The notes under the pieces: generated by a model
Database searches by the model: none
The model's input: the letters and a program-made list of their open reading frames with translations, nothing else
Told to the model about the DNA's origin: nothing
Source: Cyanophora paradoxa CCMP329
Taxonomy: Eukaryota; Plantae; Glaucophyta
Assembly (NCBI GenBank): GCA_004431415.1
Contig: QPMI01000123.1
Location: forward strand, 133,900 to 197,899
Direction: 5' to 3'
Length of the DNA: 64,000 nt
Translations under genes and position numbers: made by a program
Shown: positions 10,742 through 23,148 of the stretch, piece after piece
Position numbering within the stretch: the stretch's first letter is position 1
Layout: every line of letters starts with the position of its first letter

Positions 10742-12564
10742 ATGGAGCGCGACCCGCCGGCGTCGGGCGCTTCTCGCCGGCCGGGCGCCCATTTCGTACG
10801 CGTGCGCGCGAGCGCCGCTCGCCTTGCCGCCTTCGTTCGCGGTAAGCTCGTTTGGAATTCTTCGGATGAATTCCGAGAGAACCGGAGGATCAAAATGAGA
10901 TGGCTGATCGTGGGCGGGGGCGTGCAGGCCTGTGGCGTGACCCGATCGAAGAGTACCGCCGCCTGGAGGCGCCCGTGAGGCCACCCCCGGCACCCGCGCC
11001 GGCGGCCGCGCGCTGGTGGCGAGGCGGCCGGTGGCGCGGCGCCTGGTCTCTCGCCCGCGTCGCGTCCGCCCTCCCCTTCACCCATGCCTGCCCCACCCCC
11101 CGCGCTGAGAGCGCCCCCGGGCGCCGGGCGGCCGGCAGGGCGTACATCCTGAGCGTCTTCCTGACCCCCGTCCTCGGCCTCCCCGAGCTCTTCCGCCTGG
11201 TCCGCCCCCGCCGCCCTCCACTGGATCTGCCGGCCGAGGGGGCGGGGCGGGGCCAGCTGCTGGTGGCGGGGGCGCTGGTGGAGTGCCTGCGGGACCGGCG
11301 CTCGCGCAACGCGCTGCGCTACCTCTCCCCCGTCCTCGTCTATCTCGCGCTCTTCTCGGAGCAGCGCGCCGTGCCCGCCGCCCTGCGCCCGCCCATCGTC
11401 GCCGGCCTCCTCCCCGCCTGGGACCGCGCCCTCCTCGTCCGCCCCGCCCCGCCCCGCCCCGCCCCGGGCCCCTCCTCCCGCCCGACGCGGGCCGGGGGTA
11501 GGGGGCGCGCGCGGATGAGATCTTTGCGCAGAACCCGTCGGCCCCCCTCGACCTCCTCGCCGGTCCGCCCCGGCCGCGGGCCCGGGCCCCTCCCGCGCGG
11601 CCCCGCAGGCGCCCGCCCCGGGCCCCGCCCGCCCTCACCCCCTCGCGCCCCCCCAGGGCTCTGCTACGGGGTGATGCACTACCTCTCCCCCTTCTTCTTC
11701 TTCGTCTTCCTCTGGTCCCGCAGCACCCCGGCCCTCAAGGCCCGCACACCCGCCCCCGGCCCGCGCCATCGCGCCGCCCCTCACGCGGGGGCGGGGCAGG
11801 TGGCGGCGCGGGCGTTCGGGCGGATGAACACGCTGGCGGTGCTCGTGCAGTTCCTCTTCCCCACGTGCCCCCCCTGGTACGACGCCGTCTACGGCCCCGC
11901 GCCCCCGGACTACTCCATGCTCGGGTGCGCCCGCCCCTCTTCCGAGATCCCGCACTCGAGGCTGCAGTGCGCATGCAGCTCTCCCTCGAGTCTGAGGCGG
12001 GGCCGGGGCAGGAACGCGGCGGGGCTGCTGCGGGTGGACCGCCTGCTGGGCGCCTCCTTCTTCGGCCCCGCCTTCGAGCGCAGCCCGCTCGTCTTCGGCT
12101 CCTTCCCCTCCCTCCACGCCTGCTGGCCCCTCTTCTTCGCCCTCTTCGGCGCCCGCCTCGACCGCCTCCTCCTCCTCGTCTTCCTCCCCCACGCCCTCTG
12201 GGTCGCCTGGGCGGTGCTCTACCTGCGGCACCACTTCCTCGTCGACGTCCTCGCCGGCCACGCCCTCGCCCTCGCCACCTCCCTCGCCGCCCGCGACTCC
12301 TACGCCCGCGCCCTCCGCGCCCCCTGCCCCTGCGAGCTCGAGCTCCGCGCGGGACCGGCGGCGGCGGCGGGCAGCGCGAGCGCGAGCTCGGGGGCTGCGA
12401 CGTCGACGGGCAGCTGCGACGAGCCCGAGCGCGAGCCCGAGGCCGCCGGCGAGGCGGGGGGCGCCCGCGGCTGCGGCTGCGATGGCGAGGGCCTCGGGCT
12501 CGAGGTCGTCGTCGAGGCGGCAGCAGCGCCGGCCCCGCCCCTCACCGCCCCGAAGTGTCGCTAG
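10742..12564 (+). CDS. AUR1/IPT1-like inositol phosphorylceramide synthase (PAP2 superfamily); an in-frame upstream ATG at 10442 is also possible
   Basis: YGVMHYLSPF, FGRMNTLAVLVQFLFPTCPPWY, GNAAGLLRVDRLLG, SPLVFGSFPSLH, LYLRHHFLVDVLAG match the conserved AUR1 domains, including the catalytic H/H/D. Confidence 0.85.
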
Positions 12565-13161
12565 GCTCCCAGGCTCGATCGCGAGCTCTCGCCCGCAGAT
12601 TATGTGCGCGTCGCAGATCCGGTCCCGCATCCGGATCAACTTGCAAATTCAATTGCAACTTGGCAATGCATCTTCGATTTCTAAACGTATTCATCTAGAA
12701 GTTTGCCAAGCTCAACGGTTGCCAGCTTCAATGTATGCCGAGCTTCATGCTGCAGTGCGAAGTCAGTACAACCCTCATATAGCATAGTCAGGGCCTCAGG
12801 GCCTCGCAGGCTCATGCCATCATGATCACTGAGTCAGGGCCTCAGGCCTGGGAAGCCTTGAAGGTTTAATTTTCGTTCACATGCACATGAGGCTCTAGAT
12901 CTGAGACTCTGAGATCTAGATCATCGGATCATCGCTGCAGCTGACCGTCGGACTCTGTGATCAGATATTGCCAAGTTGCCAAGTTGACACGGATTCCATG
13001 ATTCGGGTTATCCGAGAGGGAGCTCGGAGTCCCCAGAGCGGCCGACCTCGAGTGCCCGGCCTTTCGCCCAGCGGCTCCGACGCTTCAACAAGCGCGCGGG
13101 CGATTCGATAGAATTAAAGAGATCCGCGTGTGGGCGGGCGGCGGGCGGGGCGGGGCGAGGG

Positions 13162-16100
13162 TCAGAGGGGGTAGAGGCGGTCGCCGGTGGGGAGCGGGGA
13201 GAAGGGGTTGCAGCGGGCCCACATGATGGCCTCGCCGTACCCCGCCACCGAGCGCCCGTCCTCCAGCACCAGCCTGACCCCCGGTCAGCGGCGGCCGGAA
13301 CGGGGCGGGGGCGGGGCGGCGCACTCGGCGCCGGAGAGCTCGCGGCGGGTGATGGCGGAGGGGCGGAGGCGGCGGCAGTTGTGGCCCGAGGGGATGGCGG
13401 AGCCGAGCGGGACGACCGTCTGGTCGGCCTCGCGCAGCGCCGCCTCCAGCGACGAGAGGCTCATGTCCGCCAGCGCGCCGGCGAGGCCCCCGGCCTCGCC
13501 GCCGGGCCCGCCCCGCGAGGGCCGGCGGCGGCGCGCATGCTGGGCCTCGAGGGCGGCGACGGCCTCGCGGGGGACGGGAAGCGCACGCCCGGCTGCTCGA
13601 GGAGGCTGCGGGCGGCGGCGAAGAGGGCGGAGGCGACGGGGTGGTAGCCGCGGAGGGCGGCGCGGTGGGCCCCCGCGAAGGCGCAGTGGGCGAGGACCTC
13701 GAGGCGGAGGGGGTCGGGCAGCGCCGTCGCGTCCACGCAGGCGAGCACCTCCGTCGCCGCCTCCACCTCCCGCAGCTCCCACCCCTCCTTCTGCATCACC
13801 CCTGCCCGCCCCAAAGGCGTCACCCCGGCGCGAGTCGGGGCGGGGCGGGGCGGGCGGGGCGCACGGGCGAGGAGGCGGGTGGCGGCGGCGGCGCACTTGG
13901 CGTGGTCGCGGGCGAGGGCGTACTCGAGGAGGGCCTCCCGCAGGGCCCCCTCGGCCTCCCGCCGCGGCGCGCTCTCGCGGTAGTGGGCGACGCCGCGCAG
14001 GCCGGCCTTGCCGTAGAAGGCCTCCGCGTCCGGCCGCGGGTAGCGCGCCGCCAGCAGCGCCACCCGCGAGGCGGCGGCCCCGGGCTCCCGCAGCCCCTGC
14101 AGCGCCTCCAGCGCCGCCTCCCAGAGCTCCAGCGCCTCCAGCCGCCGCGCCGCCAGCACCCGCGCCTCGTCCGCCGCCGCCGCGCCGGCGCCCTTGACGA
14201 GGCGCGCGAGGAGCAGCGCGAGGTCGAGCTCGTTCGCCCGCAGCAGCTTCCCGATCGCGCCCTGCGCCGGCGTCGGGCCCGAGCGGGGCGGGGCGGGGCG
14301 GGGGCGGACGTCGGGGTTGGAGGTGGCGAGGTGCGCGGCCGCGGCGAGGTACCTGCGGGCCCTCAGCGGCCGGCGGGGCGGGGCGGGGCGGGCGGGCTGA
14401 CGGGTTGCCGTCGCGGAAGTGGCGCTCGGCGAGGGCCCCGAGAGGGTCCCCAGCGCCCCCGCCGACGCCCCCGCCGACGACGAGGGCGACGCCGGCGAGG
14501 GCGGGCCCGCCCCCACCGCCGGCACCGACGCCTGCCCCGCCGCCCCGTCGGAGGGGGCGGGGAGGAGCGAGGGCGCGGGGGCGGACGGGGCGGTGGGGGC
14601 GCGGGGCGGCGATGGCGGCGGTGAGGTCCGCGAAGCCGCCCTCCGCGTGCACCTGCCGGGCCCCCCCTTCAGGCTCGACCCCTCAGAAAGGGGCGGGGCG
14701 GGCGGACGCGGGCGACGGCGAAGGCGTCGTCGAGCTGCCCGCGCTGCACGAAGTGCTCCACCGCCCCCGCCGCCTGCCCCGACGCGATCAAAAAGGCCGC
14801 CGCCGCCTCGTCCTCCGCCGCCAGCAGGTGCGCCGCGTAGCGCTCGCAGAGGCCCCGCCAGTACTCGACGGAGACGGTGGGGGCGACGGCGAGGGCGCGC
14901 TCCCACTGCCCGAGCTCCGCCATGAGGTCGCAGTAGCGCTGCGTCTGGCCGAGCTTGAGGGCGAGGAAGGCCGCCTGCGCGAGCTGGTCCTCCTTGCGCG
15001 CCGCCCCGACCCCCGCGAAGCGCTGGTTGCGGCACGCCTCCAGCTCGTACATGCGGGACTGGAGGGCCTTGGAGAGGTGCTCGGCGTGGACGACGCGGGA
15101 GGAGGGGGCGGCGGGGCGGCCCGAGGCGAGGCAGCGGGCCATGTCGAAGAGCTCGCGGAGGCCGTCGGGGGGGAGGAAGAAGTCGGCGAGCAGCGCGGCG
15201 CGCTCGAGGTCGTCCCCCGCCGCCTTCACCTGCCGCGCCCGCTCCCGCGAGGCCGCCCCGCACAGCACCGCCGGCGCCCCCGGCCGCATCGCCGCCTCTG
15301 CCGCCTCCCTCAGCCGGGGCGAGGCGGGGCGGGGGAAGGGCGGGGAGGGCAGGGGGGCACCCTGGGAGGCGAGGGCGGGGTCGAGGGAGAGGCGGGCGAG
15401 GGCGAAGGCGGCGAGCGGGGCGACGAAGTCGGCGAGGGACCAGAAGCGCAGGGAGGTGTCGCGCGAGACCGACGCGAGGAGGAAGGGGCGGGCGGGGTGC
15501 GCGTCGATGCCGTACACGTCGGCGTGGTGGTCGTCCACGGCCTGCACGCACGCCTGCGTCCGCACGTCCCACACGCGGATCGTGCAGTCCCACGACCCCG
15601 TGATGCACATCCAGGGCAGCTCCGGGTGCCACACCGCCCCCCGCACGTTCGACGTGTGCCCCGCCAGCACCCGGCACTCCCCCTGGCCCCGCCCCGCTTG
15701 TTCGCCCGGGGCGGGTCGGGCGGGGCGGGAGGGGCCGCACGGTCTGCGTGTTCCACACGCGGGCCGTCTGGTCGTCGGAGGTGGAGAGGAGCGTGTGGGG
15801 CAGCGTCGGGTGCCAGGCGACGTTGAACGCCTTCGCCGTGTGCCCTGCCCGCCCCCGCCCCTCAGCCCAGCGCAGGGGGGGGGCGGGGCGGGGCGGGGCG
15901 GGGCGGGGCGGGCGTGCCCTTGAGCTGGAGGAGGGGCGCCTCGGAGGAGAGGTCGAAGACGCGCACCACGCCGTCCTCGCACGCCGTCGCCAGCTGCGCC
16001 CCGGCGGCCAGCCTCGGCGGCGGGCCCGCGCGGGCGGGCGGGTGGCTGGCGGGCGGGCCTGGGTCGGGGTGTGCGGGTTCCAGGCGACGCCGAAGGCGGG

Positions 16101-18336
16101 GCGCGGGTGCTTGTAGCGGCGGCACGCCTCCCCCGTCGCCACCTTGAACACCACGCTGCGCCCCGCCCCCTCGGCAACGCGCCGGGGCGCGGGGCGGGGG
16201 CGCGGGGGCACCAGGTCCCGTCGGCGGAGGTGGAGGCGGCGAGGGAGCGGTCGGAGGGGTGCCACGCGCAGCGGAACGTGCTCTGCGCGTGCAGCTTCGC
16301 GTGCTTCTTCCAGACGTTGCCCCGCTGCGTGTCGAACACGTAGAGCGCCCCCGTCGACGAGGCCCCCAGCACCTTGTGCTCGTCCTCCGTCCCCGCTGCC
16401 CCGCCCCGGCCCCGCCCTCAGCCCGGGGGCGAGGCCGCGGGGCCGGCCGGGGGGCGGGCGGACCGGGGGCCCAGGAGAGGCAGTAGATGACGCCGTCGGC
16501 GCCGGGGATGCGGTCGAGGAAGCGGTTCTGGGAGACGTCCCAGAGGCGGACGATGCCGTCGTAGGCGGCCGTCGCCAGGATGTTCGCGTCCGCCGGCTTG
16601 AACGCGCAGTCGAAGACCGTCTCCGTGTGCCCCCCCTCCCGCTGCGCCTCCCACCGCCGCTTCCCCAGGTTGTAGCTCTGCCGCAGCCGGCGCCGCGTCA
16701 GGGCGGTGCGGGGGCGGGGCGGGCGGGGGCGGCGCCGGGGGCGGACGCCGGCGGAGCCGTCCTTGAAGGTGCAGAGGGCGCGGTCGGAGGCGCGGGCGAA
16801 GACGAGGCTCTGGAAGCCGCTCTTCCCCGCCTTGATCACCCCCATCGGCCCCCTGCGCCCCGCCCCCCCTCAGCGCCCCCGCGCCCCGGGCGGGCGGGGG
16901 GGCGGGGCGGGGGCGCGCTTCTGGGAGGCGCTCCAGGTGCGGATGACGCCGACCTTGTCCGCCGCCGTCACGAAGCCGCCCGGCACCCCGGGGATCCACG
17001 CCACGCTCCGGATCCCTGCCCCGGCGCTCGCCGCCGCCCCGGGCCCGGGCCGGCGGGCGGGCGGGGGCGCGGACCGCCGTTCTGGGGCTCGAACTCGAAG
17101 AGGGTCTGCTCGCCCTGCAGGTCGTACAGCGCCATGCTCCCTGCACCCCGCCGTCACCCCCGCCGTCGCCCCCGGCGGAGCGCCCCCCGGCGGGGCGGGG
17201 CGGGCACCAGACTTGTAGGCGACGACGGCGTAGTAGTCGGAGAGGGGGTCCCACTGGAGGTCCACGACGGGGTCCTCCTGCTCCCGCTTGAAGAGGCCCT
17301 TCTTCAGCTTGTTCGCCTGCCCGTCCCACAGCGCCAGCGTCCCCTCCGCCGTCCCCGCAAGCACCACGTTCGCCTGCCCGCCCCCTCGCCTCCCCGCGGC
17401 GGGGCGGGTGTGCGGGGGGCGGGCGGGGGCGCCTTCTTGGGGGCCCAGCGTATGACGCGGATGTTGACGTTGTTGAAGTCCTTGATGGGCCGGCCGTCCC
17501 CGCGCGACATGTTCCACAGCCGCACGATCCCTGCCGCGCCCCCGTCGCCCCGCGCCCCGCCGGCCAAGCGCGGGGGCGGGGCCGGGGGGCGGGGCACCGG
17601 CGGGGGAGGCGGAGAGGAGGGTGTCGGGGTCGTGGGGCGACCAGTCGAGGAAGACGGGGACGTGGTCGCCCACCACGATGGAGAAGACCTCCCGCTCCTG
17701 CCTGATGTCCCACAGCCGAATCTGCCCGTCCACCGACGCCGTCACGATCTGCCCGCCCCGTCAGCCCCGCCCCGCCCCCCCGCGCCGCCGGACCCGCCTG
17801 GTTCTGGTCGTGGTGGTTCCTGAGAGGGCGGTCAGCGGCCACCGCGCGCTCGGCCGTGGGAGCCGGCTGCGACGCACACAGCGACGGCGGTGATGGTCTT
17901 CTCGAAGGCCGCGATGATCTTCTCGAGGCGGAACTCATCAATTTTGTAGATGCAGATCGCCAGCGTCGAGCAGTACACGAAGCGGTCGCCCTGCCCGCAG
18001 GATTCAATGAAACGCTGCGAGGCCATAGCCAAGGTCGCCACGCCGGCGACGCCCGCACGAACCGCGACGACGGCGATATCCTTATTCCAGAGCTGGCATC
18101 CTGCAGGCACGAGCGCCTGCGCGCATGGCTCAGCCGTGCGGGCCGAAGCGCGCGAAGTTTAGCTAGGACAAGCGGTCCGCACCACCTGCCTCTGCGTCGT
18201 TTCGGATGCAATGTCAGACACTCTAAGACGCCATTCGAACGCTGCGCGAGCGCACCAACTTGCTCCTGGTCCCGGTCGCAATGGCACGTCCTGAAAGGCC
18301 CATCGAGAGCGTGAACGCATCGACCGCAGCCGCCAT
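13162..18336 (-). CDS. WDR17: WD repeat-containing protein 17 (start approximate)
   Basis: N-terminus RQVALVPAGCQLWNKD..GDRFVYCSTLAICIY; WD repeats GHTETVFDCAFKP, GHTAKAFNVAWHP, ITGSWDCTIRVWD, DHHADVYG; C-terminus LEDGRS..EAIMWARCNPFSPLPTG. Confidence 0.9.
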
Positions 18337-18446
18337 AACCTCCTCTCCCGCCCGCCGCTCGCTTCCGCCCGCCGCCGCGCGCCGCAGGCCTCACTGCTTC
18401 AACGCTGTATCCCCCTAGCCGGCTTCGAAGCGGCTTCTTCCCTGCC

Positions 18447-19084
18447 ATGGCGCACCCCTCTCTCAACGCCAACGTGCATCCGCGATGCGCGGTGAGTGTG
18501 GGCCAGCCCCGTAGCGTCCCTCGGGCGGCTCCGCGGGCCCTCGTGGGGCGTGCGTGACGCACGCTAGCTAGGAACCGCCCGCCGCGCGGCGTGTCCCCGC
18601 ACGTCCGCACGTACTCAGATAAAGCTGACGCATTCACCTGGCCCGCCTCCGCCACGCGCAGGAAGTCATTGCGGTGCGTGCTGGTCCGCCGACAGCCGGC
18701 CCCGCCGCCCGCTGAGGCCGGCGCAGGCGTACCACAAGTGCCACCAAGAACACCAGGTCGGCCGCGTGTTCGGCGCGTGCACAGACCTCTTCTTCCAGAT
18801 AGAGAAGTGCCTGACGGACGAGGTCCGCGGCCGCTTAATCGCGCCGGCGCGGCGCCGGGCCTGACGGCGCGCCCAGTATCTCGACTTGCGGGCGAAGAAC
18901 CATGCGGAGGCCAAGCGCACGCGGAAGCTCTACGAGGAGCGCGTGAAGGCTCGTGCACTCGCCCCCTGCCCGGCACACGTCTCCGGCCCGCGGTTAAACG
19001 AGCTCCCCCCAGGCGGATGCGGAGCTTGCAGCAGCGGCGAAGGCACAAGAAGGATCACAATCAGGCAACGCGGCCGGCTCCTGA
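18447..19084 (+). CDS. CMC2: Twin CX9C mitochondrial COX assembly protein (CMC2-like), 5 exons
   Basis: Spliced MAHPSLNANVHPRCAEVIAAYHKCHQEHQVGRVFGACTDLFFQIEKCLTDEYLDLRAKN; two CX9C motifs. Confidence 0.85.
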
Positions 19085-19292
19085 CGCTCGCACGCACACG
19101 TGCTCCCTGCTCCTGCCGCCTCAATTTTCACAGTCACCTTGCGCGTGTATAATCTACACAAAGAATCGCTCTCGCAGAACTGTCGGGCACGTCTACTGGC
19201 AGCCGGATTGTGGCCGCTGCTGTACAGCTAACGCTAGAATACCCCGTAACATATATATATAAGCGCCGGCGTCGGTGGGCGGCGGGGCCCGC

Positions 19293-21592
19293 TCAGTCGC
19301 GGTAGTCGGCGGTGCCCTGGTAGAAGGCCTGCGGGGCGGTCGGGGCGGGCGGGCGGGCCGGGGGCGGGGGCGGGGCCGGGGCGGGGCACCTCGTTGAGCT
19401 CGGCGATGGCCTTGAGGTCGACGGGGCGGCCGCGCGCGTCCTGGCCCCTCGGCGTCGGGCCCCCCCGCGAGCTCCCGCCCCCCGACGGCAGCCTCGCCCC
19501 CTGCACGATGCTCTTCGCCACTGCGCAGCCTCCGCCTCAGCCGCTGGCCGGCCCGCCGCGCCGGCCCGGGCCCGGAGCGCACCGGCGGCGGGGCCGTACT
19601 TCTCTGCCTCGCGCTTGGCCTTGTCGGCTGCGGGGGCGGGGCTCGGGGCGGGGGCGGGGGCGGGCGGCGGGGCGCGCACCGCGGAGCTCCTTGACCATCT
19701 GGCGGTAGTGCGCGTCCATCGGGTGCTCCCTGCCCCCCGCAACCCCGCCCCGTCGCCCCGCCCCCCGCCCACGCGCGGGCGGGGGCGGGGCCCGGGGCGG
19801 ACCACTGGGACTGCCCGTCGCGGGCGAAGAAGACGTTCCCGTCCTCGTCGCAGTGCTCCGTCCACCCCTCTGCCCCCCGCCCCGCCGCGTCGGCCCGGGC
19901 AGCGGCTGGGCGCGCGACGGGGGCCCGGGGGCCGCACCGGGGAGCTCGGCGTCGAGGGCCTCCTCGGCCACCCACAGCAGGTCCGCCTCGTACTGCGCCC
20001 CGCCCCCCCGCCTCGCCGGAGAGAGGCCGGAGGGGGCGGGGCGGGGCGGGGCGGACGATGGGGTTGATGCCGAGGTACTTGGCGAACTCGAGGATCTCCT
20101 TGGCCGTGTGCTCGCTCTTCCCCGCCTTGAGGAGCCCCGCCGTGAACGGCGTCGGCGGCGTCACCGGCGTCACCGCCCCCGAGCTCTGCCCCGGCGCCGC
20201 CAGCGACCCCGCGTGCAGAGGCGGCACCGGCGGCGCGTGCGGCGCCCTCGACGGCGGCGCCGGCGGCCTCGACGACGCGGCCGCCGGCGTGTGGCTCTCC
20301 CCGGGCAGCGGCGATGGCGCCGCGGACGCGTACGCTGGGCGGCGGGGCGGTCGGGGGCGTGGGGCGGCGGGGCGCGGGGCGCGCGGGGCGGGGCGCACCG
20401 GTGGAGGAGGAGCCGGAGGAGCCGGAGCCGGCGGAGGCCTCCTCCTGCCGCTGCTTCGCCCTGCCCCGCCCTCGGCGCGGTGCGGGCTGGCGGGGCGGGG
20501 CGGGGCGGGGCGGGCGCACCGGGCCTGCTTGCGCATGAGGCCCTCGCTGAACATGGCCGAGACGCGGTTGAGCTTCAGCTTCGAGCCTGCGCCCCGCCCG
20601 CCCCGCCTCGGCCCCCGCTGCCGCGCGTGGCGGGGCGGGCGGGGCGGCACGGCGGTCGAGGCCGTGGACGGCGGCGAAGAAGTCCTCCCCGCGCCCTGCG
20701 CCGGCGCCGCCTCGGCGGGGTGCGGGGGCGGGGGCGGGGGGCGGGGGCGGGGGGCGGGGCGGGCCCAGGGCGTCGAGCTCGTCGAAGAGGCGCGCGAAGA
20801 CGGGCTCCTCGAAGAGCAGCTCGAGGAAGAGGCGGCTCTGCCCCCGCCCGCACCCTCGGCCCCCGCCCCGCCCCGCCACGGGGCCGCCCCGCGGGGGCGG
20901 GGGCGGACCTGCCAGAGCTCGTCGGAGACCTCGAGGACGGGGCTGTGCGCCATCGCGCTCGCCGCCGCGTCCTCCTCCTCGTCCACCGCCTCCATGTTGA
21001 GGCGCCCGTCGTCCAGCTCCTGCCGCTGCAGCATCGCCGCCAGCTTCGCGTCTGCCCCCCCGCCCCCCGCCCCGTCTGCACGCCGTCCGTTCGCGCCAGG
21101 GCGGTGCGCCGCACCCTCCTCTTCTTGCTTCTGCCGGCTGTCGGCCTTGCCCTTCTTCCCAAACACACTGCCAATGCCCTGCTCGGCGATCAGCTGTACG
21201 CATACGCTTCTGCATCCTCACGCCTTAGCGAACCCAGTTCTTGCGGAAGCGCGCTCCCAGCGGCGTGGCACCGCTGTTTGTCGGTGGCGCCGACGCTGCT
21301 GACGCTGCGCAGAGCGGTCGGCAAGACTGCCGAGGTACGCAGCGCGTAGGCGCGGCGCATGCGATAAGGGAAGCGCGGACCTGGACGCATCGATGAGGAA
21401 GATGGCGGTGCGCTCGGTGCCATCTGGACCGCCGGCTCAGCGCTGGCAACGCGTGTGGCTGCATGCGGTCACCTGCTTTAAGTTCTCCTGCGCGCTCTTA
21501 AGGTCCCCTCTGCACGCTTCAAGGACCGCGACGAGGACATCATAGTCGACGTCTGGGAAGATGTTCGCCAACCTCCGCGCGTTGGCATCCAT
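19293..21592 (-). CDS. Protein with N-terminal CUE domain and C-terminal CEP164-type WW module
   Basis: LANIFPDVDYDVLVAVLEACRGDLKSA (CUE); EILEFAKYLGINPI-YEADLLWVAEEALDAELP-EGWTEHCDEDGNVFF..SQW-EHPMDAHYRQMV (resembles the CEP164 N-terminal WW region). Confidence 0.75.
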
Positions 21593-22090
21593 ATCGAATA
21601 AACTATCGTCTGGCGCTAGCGCTAACTGCGATCGCCGAGTCGCCAAGTCGGTATGAAACGTCCAGACTTCAAGCGCCGACACGGTGACCTGCCAGCGCAC
21701 ACTTGCTGTACCCGGACGAGACTGGATCTGAGTGGATCAAATTGCTCGAACGACGGCGAAACTTCGGAGCACATCGATTGACGAACAAGTACAGAGTAAG
21801 CGGAGAGCACCATTACAAGGAAAAGGAGACCCCCGCAAGAGAGAGGGGGCCCAGATGGGCTTGGAAGCGACCAGGCCCGGGGCCAGGGCTTTGCCGGGGT
21901 TGGCACAGCCTGGCAGCGGGAACGCTGGCGGTCGAAAAGGAGGACCCGGGAGTCTGAAGACACTATGGAGGGAGGGCAGGGTTCGATGGCATGAGAAAAG
22001 GGGAGGCGCGTGGGACAGCAAGTGGAGGGCGAGGCGGAGGGCGAGTGGGGAACCAGGAGTGGGCAGAAAAGGGGGCAGCTATCCTCCCGA

Positions 22091-23031
22091 TCACTGGCCG
22101 CCCATGCCGCCGCGGCCGCCACGACCTGCACAGCCGAGAAAAGGTGCGGATCAGCATGCTGGCTAAAGAAGTGAAGCTTGGGGTGCCCACCGCCTCGGTC
22201 GCCGCCGCGGAACCCGCCCCGACCGCCGCGCTCGCCGCCGCCATAGCCGCCGCGCCCGCCGCGATCACCGCCAGCAGAGCCCCCGCGATCACCGCCGCCT
22301 CCCCGGAGAAGCCCACGCCCGCGGCCGCGCCCACGCAGTTTCTGAGCCAGGAGACGTCGGGAGGTGCGGCGCGCCAGAAAGCATGGACAGCATCGAACCC
22401 GCTGCGCCTGCTGCTTCGTGGCGCGCTCGGCCTTCTGCAGGGACTCCTCGTTGACCATGTCGATGACCTGGGGGCAGCCGGGCGAGCGTCAGATGGCCGA
22501 ATCGCAATCGCACAGCGCGTCTAGTTGCGCACCTCGTCAGGTATCCGAAGGTACTTGATGTTGTTGCCACGGATGTAGACCTCGGGAATGCGCCAAAACT
22601 TGTCGCCGTCCTGAGGGCGCGCGAAGCGAGCGAACGCGCCCAGGGTCGGCATAGCATTCGAATCTGTACTGCGCCGGGACGGAGAGCACCCGCGATGTGC
22701 AGATGACGTCCCGAAGGTTGATGTTCATCCAATTGTCGCAGTTCACGAGGTGCCCGTTGTATGTTTCGCCGTTCTTTAGCTCGACCAGCTGTGCAAGGAG
22801 GCACGTAAGCGTGAGAGTCGAAGACGGAGGCAATGCGGCCGGTCCATAGCTAGCTCACGCGGGCCGGAAGGGCGCGCACCATGGGGTGGTCCACCGCTGT
22901 CCTGAGAAGCGATAACGGCAACTGCGCGTCGAACAGAGCTCAAGAGGCGGCCGACAAAGACAGCGAGGGTCCCAGAGCGCGGAGGCCCGCCGAAACGCAA
23001 TCAAGCGGTGTAGGACAAGCTCACGCACCAT
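22091..23031 (-). CDS. LSM4: U6 snRNA-associated Sm-like protein LSm4
   Basis: M|[14 protein letters not shown]|[33 protein letters not shown]|[26 protein letters not shown] followed by an RGG tail. Confidence 0.96.
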
Positions 23032-23148
23032 CCTGACTGCTAATCGAAAGCGCCGCTCGTTCAGAACTTCAGTCGCGCTGGTCGGGCGGGGTACAGTCGC
23101 AAGTCGTTGGTTGGCAGCTCGCGGGCAGGGCGGGCAGGGCGCGGGCAA

